Below, in pieces: positions 1 to 13,688 of a stretch of DNA of 64,000 nt. Source of the DNA: Octopus vulgaris (Eukaryota); NCBI GenBank assembly GCA_951406725.2, contig OX597833.1:9114001-9178000 (forward strand). The letters run 5' to 3'. The translations under genes were made by a program, and so were the position numbers. Under the pieces are notes generated by a model. It did no database searches, was not told where the DNA came from, and was given only the letters and a program-made list of their open reading frames with translations. Positions within the stretch are counted from its first letter, which is position 1. Each line of letters opens with the position of its first letter.

Positions 1-799
1 CCTGTCCCATATATCTTTTCAAGGTTCTCTCTCCTGATATGCATCATTTTTGTCAGCCTTGCCTCACATCTACCAACAACAAAATACTTTTCACAATTGA
101 ACGTTATTTTCACCTTGTCTTAAAATGCATTTTTGTACGAATGCACTCTTTTCCCTAGATTGTTTGTTTCTTTTTTTTTTATAGAAACTCTCTAGCTGGG
201 TAGTAGTGTAAGGGTCTAGCCTGACCCTGTCTGAGATTTGAAACCAAGTCCACCTGCTTGCTGCTTGTCAACATGAGCAGGAAATCTTCTCAACACCAGA
301 TAATTGATGAGGAAGCACTCAATCCCCTAGGACCTGTGCTGGTCAAGGAAAGGTCACTCCTTTGTTTTGGATTTGACCTACATTACTGACCATAGTCTAT
401 ATAACAGAGAATTTCCTATCTCTTCCTCTTATGTGTCAGCTATGACCAAGAGCAGCACATTTCTCAGCCACAAGAAAGATGATGCCACCTCTATCCTTTC
501 TAATCAGCACCGTGCATTCCTTACTCTTTCACTCTCTACTGACAGACAACCTTTTTGTACACTATCAACCAGCGAGCCAACCTTGCCACTATCACTAGAA
601 TTGCTCCTGTCTCTTTAACTACCCGTCAGGCAAACGAATAAACATATGTAAATAATATTTCTTCCTGTTGATGGCATTTTCCTTCAATGACCAAATATGC
701 CTGGGGTTGTAATAACCCTAACCCTAAACCAGTTAAATCTGGTCTTGTTCCAACTGTGGCTTACATCTCAAGTAGGTAACATCAAGCACTTTGGATCAG

Positions 800-1280
800 A
801 TGTTGTGGACCATAAGAAAGACTCTCTTACATGTAGGAGACAAGCCCGGAGCGTCTGTCACAATCTATAAAACAATGGGCAATCAAGTATTTCAAAGTTT
901 CTCACCATCTTCAGAGCATTCACTTCCATGGAGCAGAAAGTTGGACTACGAAGAACAGAGGTTCAAGATCATCTTGATGGTTACATACGTAGAAAAAATT
1001 TCTCAAGATGGTTCAAAATATCTGATTACACGAACACAAAATCTAAGAGGCAGTTTATGGACGCACTCTACCCATCTCCATAATCATTGCTCAGTGCTGG
1101 TTGGTTTTAACATCCGAACAGATGTTATATTCTAATGTCCTAATACGGGATGACAGCCACTAAGCTACATCAATGTTTTTAGCTGAGACACAAAACATGA
1201 AACACGATATACCAATAGTGGTGATGGGTCAGAGATTCCTGGTACAGCATTGCAAAGCACATTTGGTTGTGACCACTTGA
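800..1280 (+). mobile_element. Decayed RTE-type LINE, 3' ORF fragment
   Basis: Frameshifted translation gives HGAESWT...LKMVQNI...YG..LPIS, typical of the post-RT region of RTE LINEs. Confidence 0.55.
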
Positions 1281-1945
1281 AGAAGTTACACATAGCCTCT
1301 ATTTACATTTACCTGGATTTAGGGAATTAAAATGAACATTTCATAATTATAAAACGGGAAATAAACATTTACAAACTCTATTGAAATTGTGTTGATTTTT
1401 AAAATTAAACTTCATGGTTTCATTTGATGCATTAACGAGATTAAACAAGTTTAAAGACAGTCATTTTGGTGTTACCTGCTCCTGAATGTATCCTGTGGTG
1501 AGGTGGACACCCTCCATTTCTCGTGATGCCAAGGAATCAAGTAGGTGGTGATGATCTAAATGATGTAAAACCATTTTTATTCAATTGGTGTTTACCTCTT
1601 GGGAAAAGAAGACAAAAACCTAATGGAAACTATTAGAAATTTTATAAAGGAAAGGAGATCATTTTCAGAAGAGTAATTTAATAATTCTAAAACATTTAAT
1701 TCTCCTGCTCAAGACAGAATCTGATATGTTAAAAGGAAAGCAGGGGAAATATGCCAATACAGCAGGATCTCATTAGGGAAACATTATAAACACAAACCAT
1801 TGTGATTGGTTTCAGTTTTAGGAAATACGTTCAGAAAATTTGAGTTTGTTGTTTATTTAATTCTTTTTACCGTCCAATTGTAGCAGAATGCTTTTTATGT
1901 GGCTGTTTGGTATCATCTGTTTACATTTTCTAAAGAGAATTATGA

Positions 1946-2365
1946 CGTAGTATCAAAAAGTTTCTGCACCAGTTCTGTAGCACAGACCTTCATGAGGCTG
2001 GGTGCTGAGGGACATCACTGGGTTTTCTTTGCAAGTTGTGAAATTTGCGTTTTTGTAATCACGTGTGTATGCTGTAGTCTGCAATTTTTGTCATAGACAG
2101 AAAGTTGGAACAAAGGGCCAACATGAAATTTTGAGTTAACCTTGGGAAGTCTGTTACAGAGACATTGAGCATGCTTTTGGCAAGCTTATGGTGACGAGGC
2201 AAAAGTTTTGAGTGGCATGGGTGCTTCAAAAGTGGAAGAACGTCCTTGGAAGACCTGCAATGAGTGTCACCTCTGGAAATGTGGGGAAAATTCATCAGTT
2301 TGTGCATTTAGGATTGCCAGAGGACAATCAACGGAATTTTGAAGCATTTGAGGGAACAAAGACTT
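1946..2365 (+). mobile_element. Mariner transposon remnant (N-terminal HTH of transposase)
   Basis: DRKLEQRANMKF*VNLGKSVTETLSML..AYGDEA..FEWHGCFKSGRTSLED with stops and deletions. Confidence 0.8.
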
Positions 2366-4250
2366 TATTTTAACTCATGGTGTCTCTTCACACCATAGAA
2401 ACGTTCTCAACTATGGCCTCAACTTAAATTTGCTCTGTGAAACCACTTCACACCATCAAAATTCTCTCAACGGTGGCCTGAGATTAAATTTGCTCTATCC
2501 TGTGGCCTGACACTTCATTTTGCATCAGAGAAACTCTATCAACTCCAGCTGGGAAGTTTAATTTACTCATTGATGCTTCACATCACAGCCACTCGCAAGT
2601 GTGACCTGAAATATTCCCTATAATTCACCGAGTTACTTTCCATGACAGAAACTCTTGATTGTGACCCGAGACTAGAGTTTGTTCTGTGGTGCCACATCGT
2701 GCAATAAGAGACTCTCACAACTTCAGTCTGAGTCTTTAATTTCCTCTGCAGAACAGTTTAAAGCCAAAGTAGCTTTGTCAGCTGTGAACTGAAACTATAT
2801 TTGGTTTCATCTTGCCACCTGATGCCATAGAATCTCTCACAAATGTGGCCTCAGACATTATCTGATCTATGATGTCACTACATGTGATAGAAACTCTCCT
2901 CACTCGAATTCTCTTGATGCCACAGAAACTCTTTCAACTGGAACTTGGAATTGAATTTGCTGTGCAGTGTTCCTCCGCACTACAGAACCACTCTTGATGG
3001 GGGCAGAAGATATTCATATGCCACTGCATAAAATAGAATCCCTTTTGTCGATGACCTGAGATTCTAATTTCCCCTCTGCTGACACTGCATACCTTAGAAT
3101 CTCTCTCAGTTGTGGCCAGATATTTAAATTTGATATAAGGTACCATTTCACACCATATAAACTATCCCTTTAATTTTCACTGAGGTGTGTCTGCATATCA
3201 TAAAACTCTCTCAACTTTCCACAGAAACATCCTCAACCATGGCTTAAGATTTTAATTTGCTCTCTGATGCTTTTTCACATCACAGAAACTCTCATGAATT
3301 TGGTTTGAGGCTTCAATACAGCAAGTAGCAACATATCATGCCATAAAATCTCTCTTGACTGTGACATCAGTTTGCCCCGCAGTGCCACTTTACCCCCACC
3401 TCAAACTCTGTCATTTGAAACATTAATATATGCTAAAGAGACACCTTGTGCCATAAAAAACACTCTTGACAGTGACCTGATAACATAATGGCTCTGTCGT
3501 GCCATTATGCCATACTAAAGAAACTCTCTTAGCAGTAGCCATAGACTTGAATTTACATTTTAGACACATGCTGTGTGCCACCACTTTCAGCCATTGAAAC
3601 TTGTTGAACTCTGGTCTGAGATTTTATTTGTTCTGTGGTGTATCTTCACACCTTAGAAATTCTTTTGATTATGATCTGACACTTAAATTCGTACTGTGAT
3701 GTCAGTTCAGACCACAGAAAATTTCTTCACTGTAGCATGGTATTTTTAATGTCAGTGATGACAATTCACACCATAGAATCTCTCTGAACTCATGCTTGAA
3801 ACATTAATTTTCGCTGTAGTAGCACTGAATACCATGGATTCTGTTTTGAATGTCACTCAAGATTTAAATTTGCTCTTTGTGTCACTTCATACAATAGAAA
3901 CTCTAACGACTCTACCCTGAAACATTGATTTCCTCTGCATATGAATATTTCACTTCATAGTAGCTCTCTGACCAGTGTCCTAGGAACTTCTTACTATAGA
4001 AATTCTCTCAACTGTGTCCTAAGGCATAATTTGCTATGGGCTGTGACTTGATATCTATAAAGTCTTTGGATTCTGACCTGAGACTTTTATCTGTTCAGAG
4101 ATACTCTCACATCACAGAAACACTTCTAACAAGGACTGGAAATTCCACTTTGCTCCACGGGGTTCCTTCTCACCAAAGAACCTCACCCAGTTGCCACTTG
4201 ATGCCTCAGATGTTTTTAGTGATGTCCCATCTTGTAACATCTAGAAATAT
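2360..4250. repeat. Degenerate ~60-61 bp tandem array, roughly 30 units
   Basis: Recurring unit like CACACCATAGAAACTCTCTCAACTGTGGCCTGAGANTTAAATTTGCTCTGTGGTGCCACTT at 2389, 2449, 2821, 2881 and onward. Confidence 0.8.
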
Positions 4251-4269
4251 AAAGTGAATCTTGACTCTT

Positions 4270-5290
4270 AATCAGTTTTCCCATGTTAGATGTTTCAGGC
4301 AGCATGCTCCTTCCCGTATGGTCGGTTTAAACTGGTTCCCTTCTATTTGAGGTCTACCTGCAATGTCCAACACCAGCTGCTCTTGGACAGGCCCTTCTGT
4401 TTTTCTACCTCCTCTGTCCATGTCATTAGTCAAGTAAAAGCCAGCTACAAAATATATCTGAATAGTTTAAACTGGAAAAGTATCAATATGTCTTGTGTGG
4501 TGGAATTGCTTCTTGGAAGGACTTTATTCACATGTAGTTCTGTCTTGTCAGTGACTTTGAGGATATTTCTTAGACCCCATCAGTGGAATGTGTTCACCTT
4601 GTGGGCTGCCTTCACTGACATTTCCCCAGGTTTCACTGCTGTGAAGAACCCTAAAACTATTGAAATTTATAACTGGGCCTCTATGTTAGTACTGATGCTT
4701 ATTGTCTCTCAAATTTGGTGCATACACTGGAACATGGCCTATGCTTTACCGGTTGTGCTCTTTACAGTACTTTTTATGCTTGCTATATTATTGTTTGCAC
4801 CACCCACACAGGAGAAATTTGTGTTGGATGAAGATAGAAGATTGTGTTCGGGTATTCATCTGCATCACTTTCATCTTTCCACAGCTAATTTTCCTTGTTT
4901 ATTTTGCAAGGTTGGTTCTTATTTCTTGCAGGTCAGCTCTTGTTTCTTGCAGCAGGGCAAAGTCATCATTGAAGCTTAAAACCCCACAAAAACCTTCCCA
5001 TTTTCCAGTCTTGCAGTGCTCCCACTGATTAGTTTCTTAGTCATGAAGTTAATTACAAGCAAGAAGAGAAAGGCTGAGAGTATGAAGCCCAGATAGACTC
5101 CAGTAATATACAATATGAAAGTATTACAACAGCAACAGACTGTTGTCTTATCTCCAGATAATAGATGCTGAGAGAGAGATTCTGCTTCAATAATCAAGAA
5201 AATTAAATTTTCTAAAGTATTTCAATCTTTTCTAAAGGCTGTTCCAGGAAACATATTAGAATTCTTTCCATTGAACAATGGAGAGACAAA
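4270..5290 (-). mobile_element. Decayed RTE-type LINE (RT C-terminus and 3' region)
   Basis: Minus strand gives LSFNDDFALLQETRADLQ..KMKVMQ (FADD-type motif) with stops. Confidence 0.65.
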
Positions 5291-6116
5291 CTATTAGAAT
5301 CTGCTGTAAGAATGACACATCTCTGGTAATATTGGTAAACGAGAGGCCCCAAACTACTTTCTCAACCCAATCACAGTAAGTGAAATGGTGAAAGATTACT
5401 GTGAGTGGATTAAAGGATAAGTGGGTGGCTGTGGTCACTGTGAAAGGTCTGACTGTTGTCAGTACAAAGGGGCTGTTGTATGAAATACTGGAGTTGTTCA
5501 AGGAGTTGATGACACTGCTGTGATATACATATTTCCCCCCAAAAGCTGTGATATCCATATCCCCCCCCCACAAAAGCTAGAAGTAGATTCATCCACAATA
5601 CAATATATTGTGAATATATATAACATCTGAGTCAACTTTTGGTGTACACACACACAGACATATACACACACATATATACCCCTTCCATGTCTATCTGTCT
5701 ATATATATATCTTAGTGAACCATGAATGTACACCACCCGTCTCTGTTGTAAAAAAGAGATCACTAGAAAGATGTCAAAATTCACTTTTAATTGAGGCAGT
5801 CAAGTTGCACAGACGGGTCCAGCGCCGAACTAGACATTTCCTGATATCCACTGAAATAACTTATTGTTTTGAGTTAAACCCATTAAAGAAAAATTTCATC
5901 CATTTCTGCTTTATAGAACAAGTACCAGTGATGCACTGGGGTTGAGAAAAGTACTTTTGTCACACCTATTTAAGTAATGGAAGCAGAGTTTTGTGACAAA
6001 ATACGAAATAAAGAATTGTTTCTAATCTTTTGTAGACAGAAACAGCAATATTTTAGATTTATCACAGAAAGATAAATCTAGCTTAATATAATGGTAGACA
6101 TTGATGGAGCATGAGA

Positions 6117-6197
<81 letters not shown>

Positions 6198-6657
6198 GGA
6201 GGGAGGGAGGGAGAGAGAGAGAGAGAGAGAGAATAACATCTCAGCTTGTATGATTAAAGAATTAAACATGGAAGACAAAAAGAACTTATTGTGTGTGTGT
6301 GTGTGTGTGTAGCTCCACAATACAAAACAACAACAATTTGGTTCAACTCAGCTCCTTAACAACAACAACAGTAATACAAGTGGAGAGAGGCTGTAGAGAA
6401 AACAAATAAAGCAAGCTGAGACTGTGTCACCATTTCATCCATTTGTTGACACCGATTCCTCTTAATTACGATGCAAATATATTGGAGAAAGTTCGTTATG
6501 ATTGCTGTCAATTTCTTTTCCTTCTTCACTGAAATACAGGACCTTTGAAAGCTCATTCATAAAACAATGTCTGTATCGTGAGAGAAATAGGTATAAATTA
6601 TTATTTTACAGAATGGTGTAACCAAGCTGTCAAGTAAATGTCATTTTGGTTGATTAT

Positions 6658-6711
6658 TTTATTTTAAAAAATATGTATAAAAAGGTGAATTAGACAATCT
6701 TTCCTTTTATT
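6658..6711 (-). promoter_or_regulatory. Candidate polyadenylation signals (two AATAAA on the minus strand)
   Basis: TTTATT at 6658-6663 and 6706-6711, ~370-420 nt past the stop; the hexamer is common by chance in AT-rich DNA. Confidence 0.25.
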
Positions 6712-7078
6712 TCAGATTATTTTCGCTTTGTCTTATTTGTTCTTCTGTACACTCCTGATTACAGTTGCAATCATGTCTCTTAATTCTATTGAAGATCAGA
6801 AAAGATTTCAAGAAGATTTCAAGTGTAAATATGCAAAAAGAATATAAAGGAAAAATGCCGATCAAATTACTAAACACAAACAAACTTCCTGATTACATCT
6901 AGGATTCTTGTCTTACCACTCAATGTCATTGTTTCAAAATATTCCAATTGGAAGCAGCAACTGTCTTTCCATTCAGATGTTGGCAGTCAGCAACAATGGC
7001 AGCTGTACAGAGATAAGGAAACAATGATGAAGTTAGGTTCATTGCTGCTTGAATATAGAGATTAATATTAGCATTAAG

Positions 7079-7305
7079 TTATGATGTAAGTGTTGGAACA
7101 TATGGAGAGCGAGTGGAGTCTATAGAACCTTCACGAGATGAGGCAGGGTAACGCATGGATGAACGAGACAGGGAACTCTCACGGGAGGTTTCACCTGGGT
7201 CTCGTGTTCTCTTGCGTCCACGCCGGAACAATTTTTTGAGGCTTCCACCAAGAGATGAGGATTTCTTTATTGGTGGTACCTCAAGGCTGATTCCATTAAT
7301 GTCTT
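7079..7305 (-). CDS. C2CD2L: C2CD2L-like terminal coding exon, EDINGISLEVPPIKKSSSLGGSLKKLFRRGRKR...PTLTS*
   Basis: ttgcag acceptor, phase 1, TAA stop at 7081-7079; second polybasic segment. Confidence 0.87.
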
Positions 7306-7484
7306 CTGCAATTAGAAAGCATTACAAAAATATATGAGATAGTGAAAGTAGAAGGTTTTTATGAATTTATATTTTAGATTATCATTACATATGTTACAAC
7401 ATTGTCACATTTGATGGGTTCCATCTCGTTATTTCTGTTCACCCATTGCGGTTAAATAAAGAAATGATAGATCAAGAGGGAGTT

Positions 7485-7518
<34 letters not shown>

Positions 7519-8605
7519 AATAAAGATGAAAAGAGTGAGATCCTGCTGTATGCACACATATCAATATACATAACCATTATTATGGGGTGGGACTGCTAAG
7601 CAATGACAAATGTAAGGTCTGAATGTGTCGGTGGCAGGTTCAGGCTTGGAAAGAAGCCAGTCACCGTGTTTTATCATGGAGAAAATTTCTCCAACACAAA
7701 ACACAGTTTACAAGCCCAAATGTGCTTTTAGCATATTCAAACTGGTCATAATGTTGCCTAACCATTATTATTTCAATTCTGATTTCTCCATCAGACAGAA
7801 TTTGTTGAGGCAGATTTTCTTTGGCCTCATACTCTTCCTGTCACCATCCATTATAATTTCCAAATAAGGTATTATTTAGCCATGACCAGACATGTTTTCA
7901 TAGGAGATGAGAAATTGAAGGACATTGCTAGCATAGTGGTGATACTCATTTACAATCATCGTGTGAAGTCAGTCAAGGCTATGAAACAAGTGATATTAAA
8001 ACAAATCTACATTTTTGCTATTTTTCATTTGCTCTGCTCGTTTACGTTAAATGTTGTGCTGATTCTCCTTGGAAACAATTTTTTAGTGGCTAATACCATA
8101 GCGGATCTATTTTTAGCACTAGAGTCGACCATATAGTGGTCACTCTCTTATATTTGTGTATATATATCGAAGGAAACCCACCATGCACATGGTCTTTAAA
8201 GCTGGATACCCTAACCTTAACACTAGCCACTTGACACAATATATGGGGCTAATAATTTGTTTTTGTGGCAGCATTACTTGAGAGCCAGCCATGTTCTTGA
8301 CAAGGCTAACAAGCTCTCTCAACCACAAATATTTCTGCTTCTCTAAAACCACTTTGTAGAATGTTCTTCATGTAATTATTAAGCATCACTAAGACTAGTG
8401 AAGTTGCCATTTCTCCCTCTGTAAACTGTTCATTAGCAACTAATAAAGGAGCCAGAGAATCCCTATTGAAGCAGAGTGGAAGGGATGAGAAAATGGCAGA
8501 AGGGGTTGAAGTGATGGCTACTCATACAAGTGGATAAATGGTGTGAGTGGTCTGAGATGGGAGTATAGTAAGGGTAATGCTAGACATACCTTATAGTGTG
8601 TGGGT

Positions 8606-8674
<69 letters not shown>

Positions 8675-8837
8675 TTAAGGTGAATAGAGAGTTGGAAAGA
8701 TGGCATGACTAGTTAAGTCCACAGACCTCCTTATTTAGATTGGGCAGTATAGGTGCAGTGAGGCGAAGCAAACCACTCTCACCAACTACGAAGAGTGGAA
8801 AAGACAAAAAGGATAGAGGCATGGGTGATTGATGTTA

Positions 8838-9085
8838 TAATAATAATAATAATAATAATAATAATTGTGTACAGTGCTCAGGTGCACTACAACTCATCTA
8901 AAGTGTATATATAATCGGCGGATTTCGGAAAGCATGAGGGCCTTAAAAGATGCAGTGTAATGGCAGTCAACAACTGACGCAGGCAGTTTATTCCATGCTT
9001 CAGCAACTCTGAGCGTGAAAAAATGTTTCCGAAAGTCATGGGAGCTGTATTGTTTTCTGACTTTGTAGGCATGTCCACATGTATT
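8838..9085 (-). mobile_element. CR1-type LINE 3' end with (TTA)n tail
   Basis: RKQYSSHDFRKHFFTLRVAEAWNKLPASVV is the typical CR1 ORF2 C-terminus, followed by a simple-repeat tail. Confidence 0.8.
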
Positions 9086-9919
9086 ATATGAGAGACATGA
9101 GTGGTAAGAGACAGGGTCACTCAGTGTTCTGAGATGTATGTCCAAAGCAACAGAACTCAAGCGATAAGAGTAATGACAGAGATGAGAAAAAAGGAAGAGT
9201 AAATGGGTTGATGGCAGGGGCAAAAGAGGAGAAAGTCAAGTGAAGTGGTGGTGGTGGTGTGTGAGGTGTGATATAGGGTCATTTATACATAATGAAGTGG
9301 TAGGAGAATCTTGCAGCAACTATCATAATACAAATAGTATGAGTGATGAGTGATAGAGATTGGCAGGGAAATGAGTGACAGGGAGAAGAGAAGGCATCAA
9401 GGTGTGGAGGAGGAGCAATAGTAGACTTTTGCGTACATAGTGGTTTCAAATTTTGACACAAGGCCAGCAATTTCGGGGGAAGGCGAAAGTCGATTATATT
9501 CCCCCCCCCCCCCAGTACTCTACTGGTACTTATTTTATCAAACCAAACCCCACCAAAAGGATGAAAGGAAAGTTGACTCCAGCAGCATTTGAACTCAGAA
9601 CGTAAAGATGGATGAAATGGCACTCAGCATTTTCTCTTCTAAGCAGAAAATTGCTGCCAACTCTCACCGCTTTGGACTCTTTGGTGTCCATCTTCATATC
9701 AAACAGGCTTTTCAGAAAATCATGTTTTTTTTGTTATATTTAACAAGACAACCACAAAATAAAAAACAAAATAGTTTTCATTCAGAAATCTTTTTGATCA
9801 ATAAAATAAAAGACAGAATAAAAGAAAAGAATTTCAGCCAGAATTACACAAAATGCACAGAGATGGATATCACTTTTCAAGTGAGAGGGAAAGAAATAAA
9901 AGAGATGAAGGAAGATTAC

Positions 9920-10087
9920 CTGTTGATTTGGACATGGGCTTGAAGCTGGACTCGGTTGGTGACAGGTAGGTGATGCTACCTCCTTCTGATTTCAGTGACT
10001 GGGCTCGGTCTGCACTTTGGGACCGCACCTTGGAACGACCAAATCTTTTCTTAAGAGTCTTGGCCAGAGAGAAGGATTTCTTTTTCT
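9920..10087 (-). CDS. C2CD2L: C2CD2L-like exon L, EKKKSFSLAKTLKKRFGRSKVRSQS...MSKST
   Basis: ccctag acceptor, G|gtaatc donor, 168 nt, phase 1-1; first polybasic segment. Confidence 0.87.
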
Positions 10088-10837
10088 CTAGGGACAGGAG
10101 TGAAGCAAGAATGTTAAAGAGGATCACAAAGAAGAACATGGACAAAAAAGACAAGAAATTACGAATAAGTTCATCATTGATCTGACATTTAGCTTCAAGT
10201 TAACGAGTGATATTAAAAGGAAAACACAGAAATTTCATCTCTGACCATAACTGGTAGAAAATCATAGATTTTAGTCATACATCGACTACATACACACTGC
10301 TGTCTGTCTGTATGTGTGTATATATGTTGTCTTAGATAGGTGAGTATGTACATGTATGTAGATGTGTGTATATCATTCATCATCATCGTTCAACGTCTGT
10401 CTTCCATGCTGGCATGGGTGGGATGGTACCATAAGAGCTGGTCAAGCAGAAGCCTGCACCAGACTTCTGTGACTGTTTTGGCAGGGTTTTTACAGCTGGA
10501 TGCTCTTCCTATCACCAACCACCCAGCAGAGTGGACTTGGTACATTTTACATCGCAAAAGCACAGGCGAGGTCAGTTTTGGCAAGATTTTTACAGATGGA
10601 TGCCCTTCCACACACCAACCACTTTACAGTGAGGACTGGATGCTTTTAAGTGGCACCTGCACTGACAGGATCATCAAGTACTTGCAAGACATAAAAAAAG
10701 AAATTTAAGAGGGGAGGAGGCATTGGAGGATGTGATGATGAAAAGGTCATAGTGAGACAGAAAGGTCAGGGATGAAGACAGGTGTGCTACTGCAAAGAAA
10801 ATACACGGTTGCCCAACCTGATGGAAATGCAGGAGAA

Positions 10838-10901
<64 letters not shown>

Positions 10902-11660
10902 AGACAGCAGGATAATGATGGTGGCAAAATGCCGACAAGGAACGGGGGTGGGGGATCAGAGTATAAATGGGATGGTTGAGTAGAGGAAGAGAGAGAGATA
11001 TAGATGGTGGCAAGTGCCAGGGCATACCTTTGAGGTTGAAATGCCAAAACTTAAGTGGCAGGATATTGTGAAGGGAGTGTGAGTAGGTGGGGAAAGACCT
11101 GGGTATATATAGAGTTGGAGGGACTACTGGATAGCAAGGATACAGAGGAAAAGGGGTTTGAGGACAGGGTTGGGGAGTGATAATTAGGTATAGGGTATGA
11201 AGGGGAGGGGGGAAATGTGAGAAAGAGAGAAGAGATGTAGATTGGTTTGTTGGGGTAGGGAGAGGGAAATGTTTTCTTGTTACATGTGGGTGGAACACCC
11301 ATGTCGGAGGGGGGGGTAGCAGATAGCAATAACAGAGCGAGACAGGGCATGTGTGTAGAATGTAGAGGTTGGGGGGAAGTGGTGAGCAGAGACAGAGTGG
11401 CACAAGGCCAAGAGGACAGGGTTGGGGAGTGAGAGGTAATCGTAGAACATGAAGTGGAAATGTGAGAAAGGGAAGATAGGTAGAGTGTGTGAGAAGCTTG
11501 CTTGTTAAGAGGGGGGTGGGACACATCGTGCTTCTAGGACTCAGTTCTGCTGAGGTGGGCAGATCTTCTCAAGAATTTCATATTGCCAGACATGTTGACT
11601 TATACATATGTGTATACATATGTATGTACATCTCTATATGTGCATGTTACTGTTTGTATA

Positions 11661-11900
11661 TCATCATCATCATCATCATCATCGTTTAACGTCCGCTTTC
11701 CATGCTAGCATGGGTTGGACGGTTCAACTGGGGTCTGGCAAGCCCGAAGGCTGCACCAGGCCAGTCAGATCTGGCAGTGTTTCTACAGCTGGATGCCCTT
11801 CCTAACGCCAACCACTCCGAGAGTGTAGTGGGTGATTTTATGTGCCACCAACACAGGTGCCAGACGAGGCTGGCAGACGGCCACGCTCGGATGGTGTTTG
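11661..11900 (-). mobile_element. SINE-like family with GTTGGCGTTAGGAAGGGCATCCAGC core and (GAT)n tail; other copies near 10378-10690, 29641-29878(+), 35722-35850, 38700-38950(+), 46982-47165, 48719-48930, 59844-60330
   Basis: At least 8 recognisably homologous, non-coding copies in the window in both orientations. Confidence 0.75.
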
Positions 11901-13594
11901 TTACGTATATATGGTGTATATACGTGTGTATATATATATATACATGAGTATATATATATATGTCTGCATATGAGTGTTTAAATGTATGCCACTGACTATT
12001 TATGTTGACTGATATATATGTTAGTTAGAGTGAGTATGTTGACTTTTATATGTGTGTATATTAATGTATGTATATAGGTACATACATGTATGCATATGTG
12101 TATATACATATATGTGCATGCCTGCGTGTATGGCAATGTATACCAGTGTATGCTTGTGTATGTATATTGACTAATAAATATGTGCGTATGTAAAAGTGTG
12201 CAAATGTGTGTGTGTGTGTGTGTGTGGAGGGGGTGGATAATGAGAAGGAGGAGGATATTGAAAGAGGTGGTGGAGGACGAGGAACAAGGAGGAAGGGAAG
12301 GATGAGGAGAAGGAGAAGACTGAGGAGGAAGAAGGGGAGGAGAGAGAGAAGAAGGAAGAGGAGAGGGAAGAGAAGAAGAAGAAGTGGGTGATGCAAGTTT
12401 TTGTAAGGTTGGAATAAGGCATTGGAGATATTAAATAAGTCAGAGCAGAGATCCTTGTAATAACGAAGGGTTGGGGCGAGGGGGAGAGAGAAGGGGAAGA
12501 ACACAATGTGCCAAATATTGATGCCAAACAAGAGTGGGAGTCTGGCTATGAAGGATGAAACTTTTCTCAGGATCAAAACCATTCCAAAGCCAACTGAATC
12601 CAACAACAAAGCACAATTAGGAGGTTGCTTTCCATGCTGCAGGACGAGTGGGGTTAGGCTGTTTCAGCATTAGACACAACCTCACCCATGTGATCCAGCT
12701 GAGGTTAATCAAACTCTGTCTTGGGACCAGTTGCCACCACCTCTAGTAGCATTGTCCTTTCAAGGGCTCACACCTTCTGATCCACAGCTGGATACCCTTC
12801 CAAATGCCAACTGTGTTCCAGTGTGGACTGGATGCTTTTACAGTGTCACCAGCACTGGCAGGGTAACCAAGTAACTCATGAGATAAGGGATTATGAGAGG
12901 GGCAGGGGCCATTTGAGGAGGGGAACTTGTGTCAGGGGATGAAAGGTTAGAGGGTGACAAAAATTGAAATGGAAAGAAAAATTTCATAAACTGTTCTTCA
13001 TGCCCAAAACTCTGCATATTTTATGGTGGTATGAGATCACAGCAGCAGGCCCATGTAGGTAAGACATGGCCCATGTAGGTAAGACATGGCCCATGTAGGT
13101 AAGACATACATGAACCATTGGCATTCCATTCTGGATGAAGAGCTTCAATGCCTATTAACAGACCTGCGACACGGAGGACGGAAGCCACACTTGAACATTC
13201 ATAATAGATGTGCAGTAAAAGGAATCCATGCTGAATATGAGACGTTGCTGCAGTATTTGGGATCAGCTCTTGGTGCTAAGAAAGGGCAACTCTAGGTAGA
13301 AGCAGAGGTCTGCCATGAGCAGACAGCCACCAAAATCTACAAAGGAGACTAAATAAAAATGTGTTTTGGTTTGCTTTGATAAAAACTGAAAAAGAAACAA
13401 AATCAATGAATAAATGCAAACAAATTCAATGTTTTTGTTGTTGTTTTCTTCTCTTGACTAAACATTAACTTAGATTTTATCAACATTTGGTGGAACATTA
13501 CTGATGGTGATAGTATACAAACACACACACACACAGCTGGATAGCAAGATAGGGAGAGATGGAGCGAGAGCGTGAGAGAGACCAGAATAGTTAC

Positions 13595-13688
13595 CTTTAT
13601 CGGATACAGTACTTCCAGTTTGAGATTTGTCAGCGGAGGCTGAAGACGGACTGTCAATATTATCTTCTCCTGGCAAACTGTCTATGGT
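13595..13688 (-). CDS. C2CD2L: C2CD2L-like exon K, TIDSLPGEDNIDSPSS...TVSDK
   Basis: ttgcag acceptor, G|gtaact donor, 94 nt, phase 0-1. Confidence 0.8.

Noticed and set aside
2360-4250. CRISPR array or coding repeat
   Set aside because: No constant repeat with unique spacers, no cas genes, eukaryotic context, and stops in the frames I translated.
4290-4979. 229-aa plus-strand ORF (also 49181-49906 on minus)
   Set aside because: Antisense shadows of decayed LINE ORFs; no recognisable domain.
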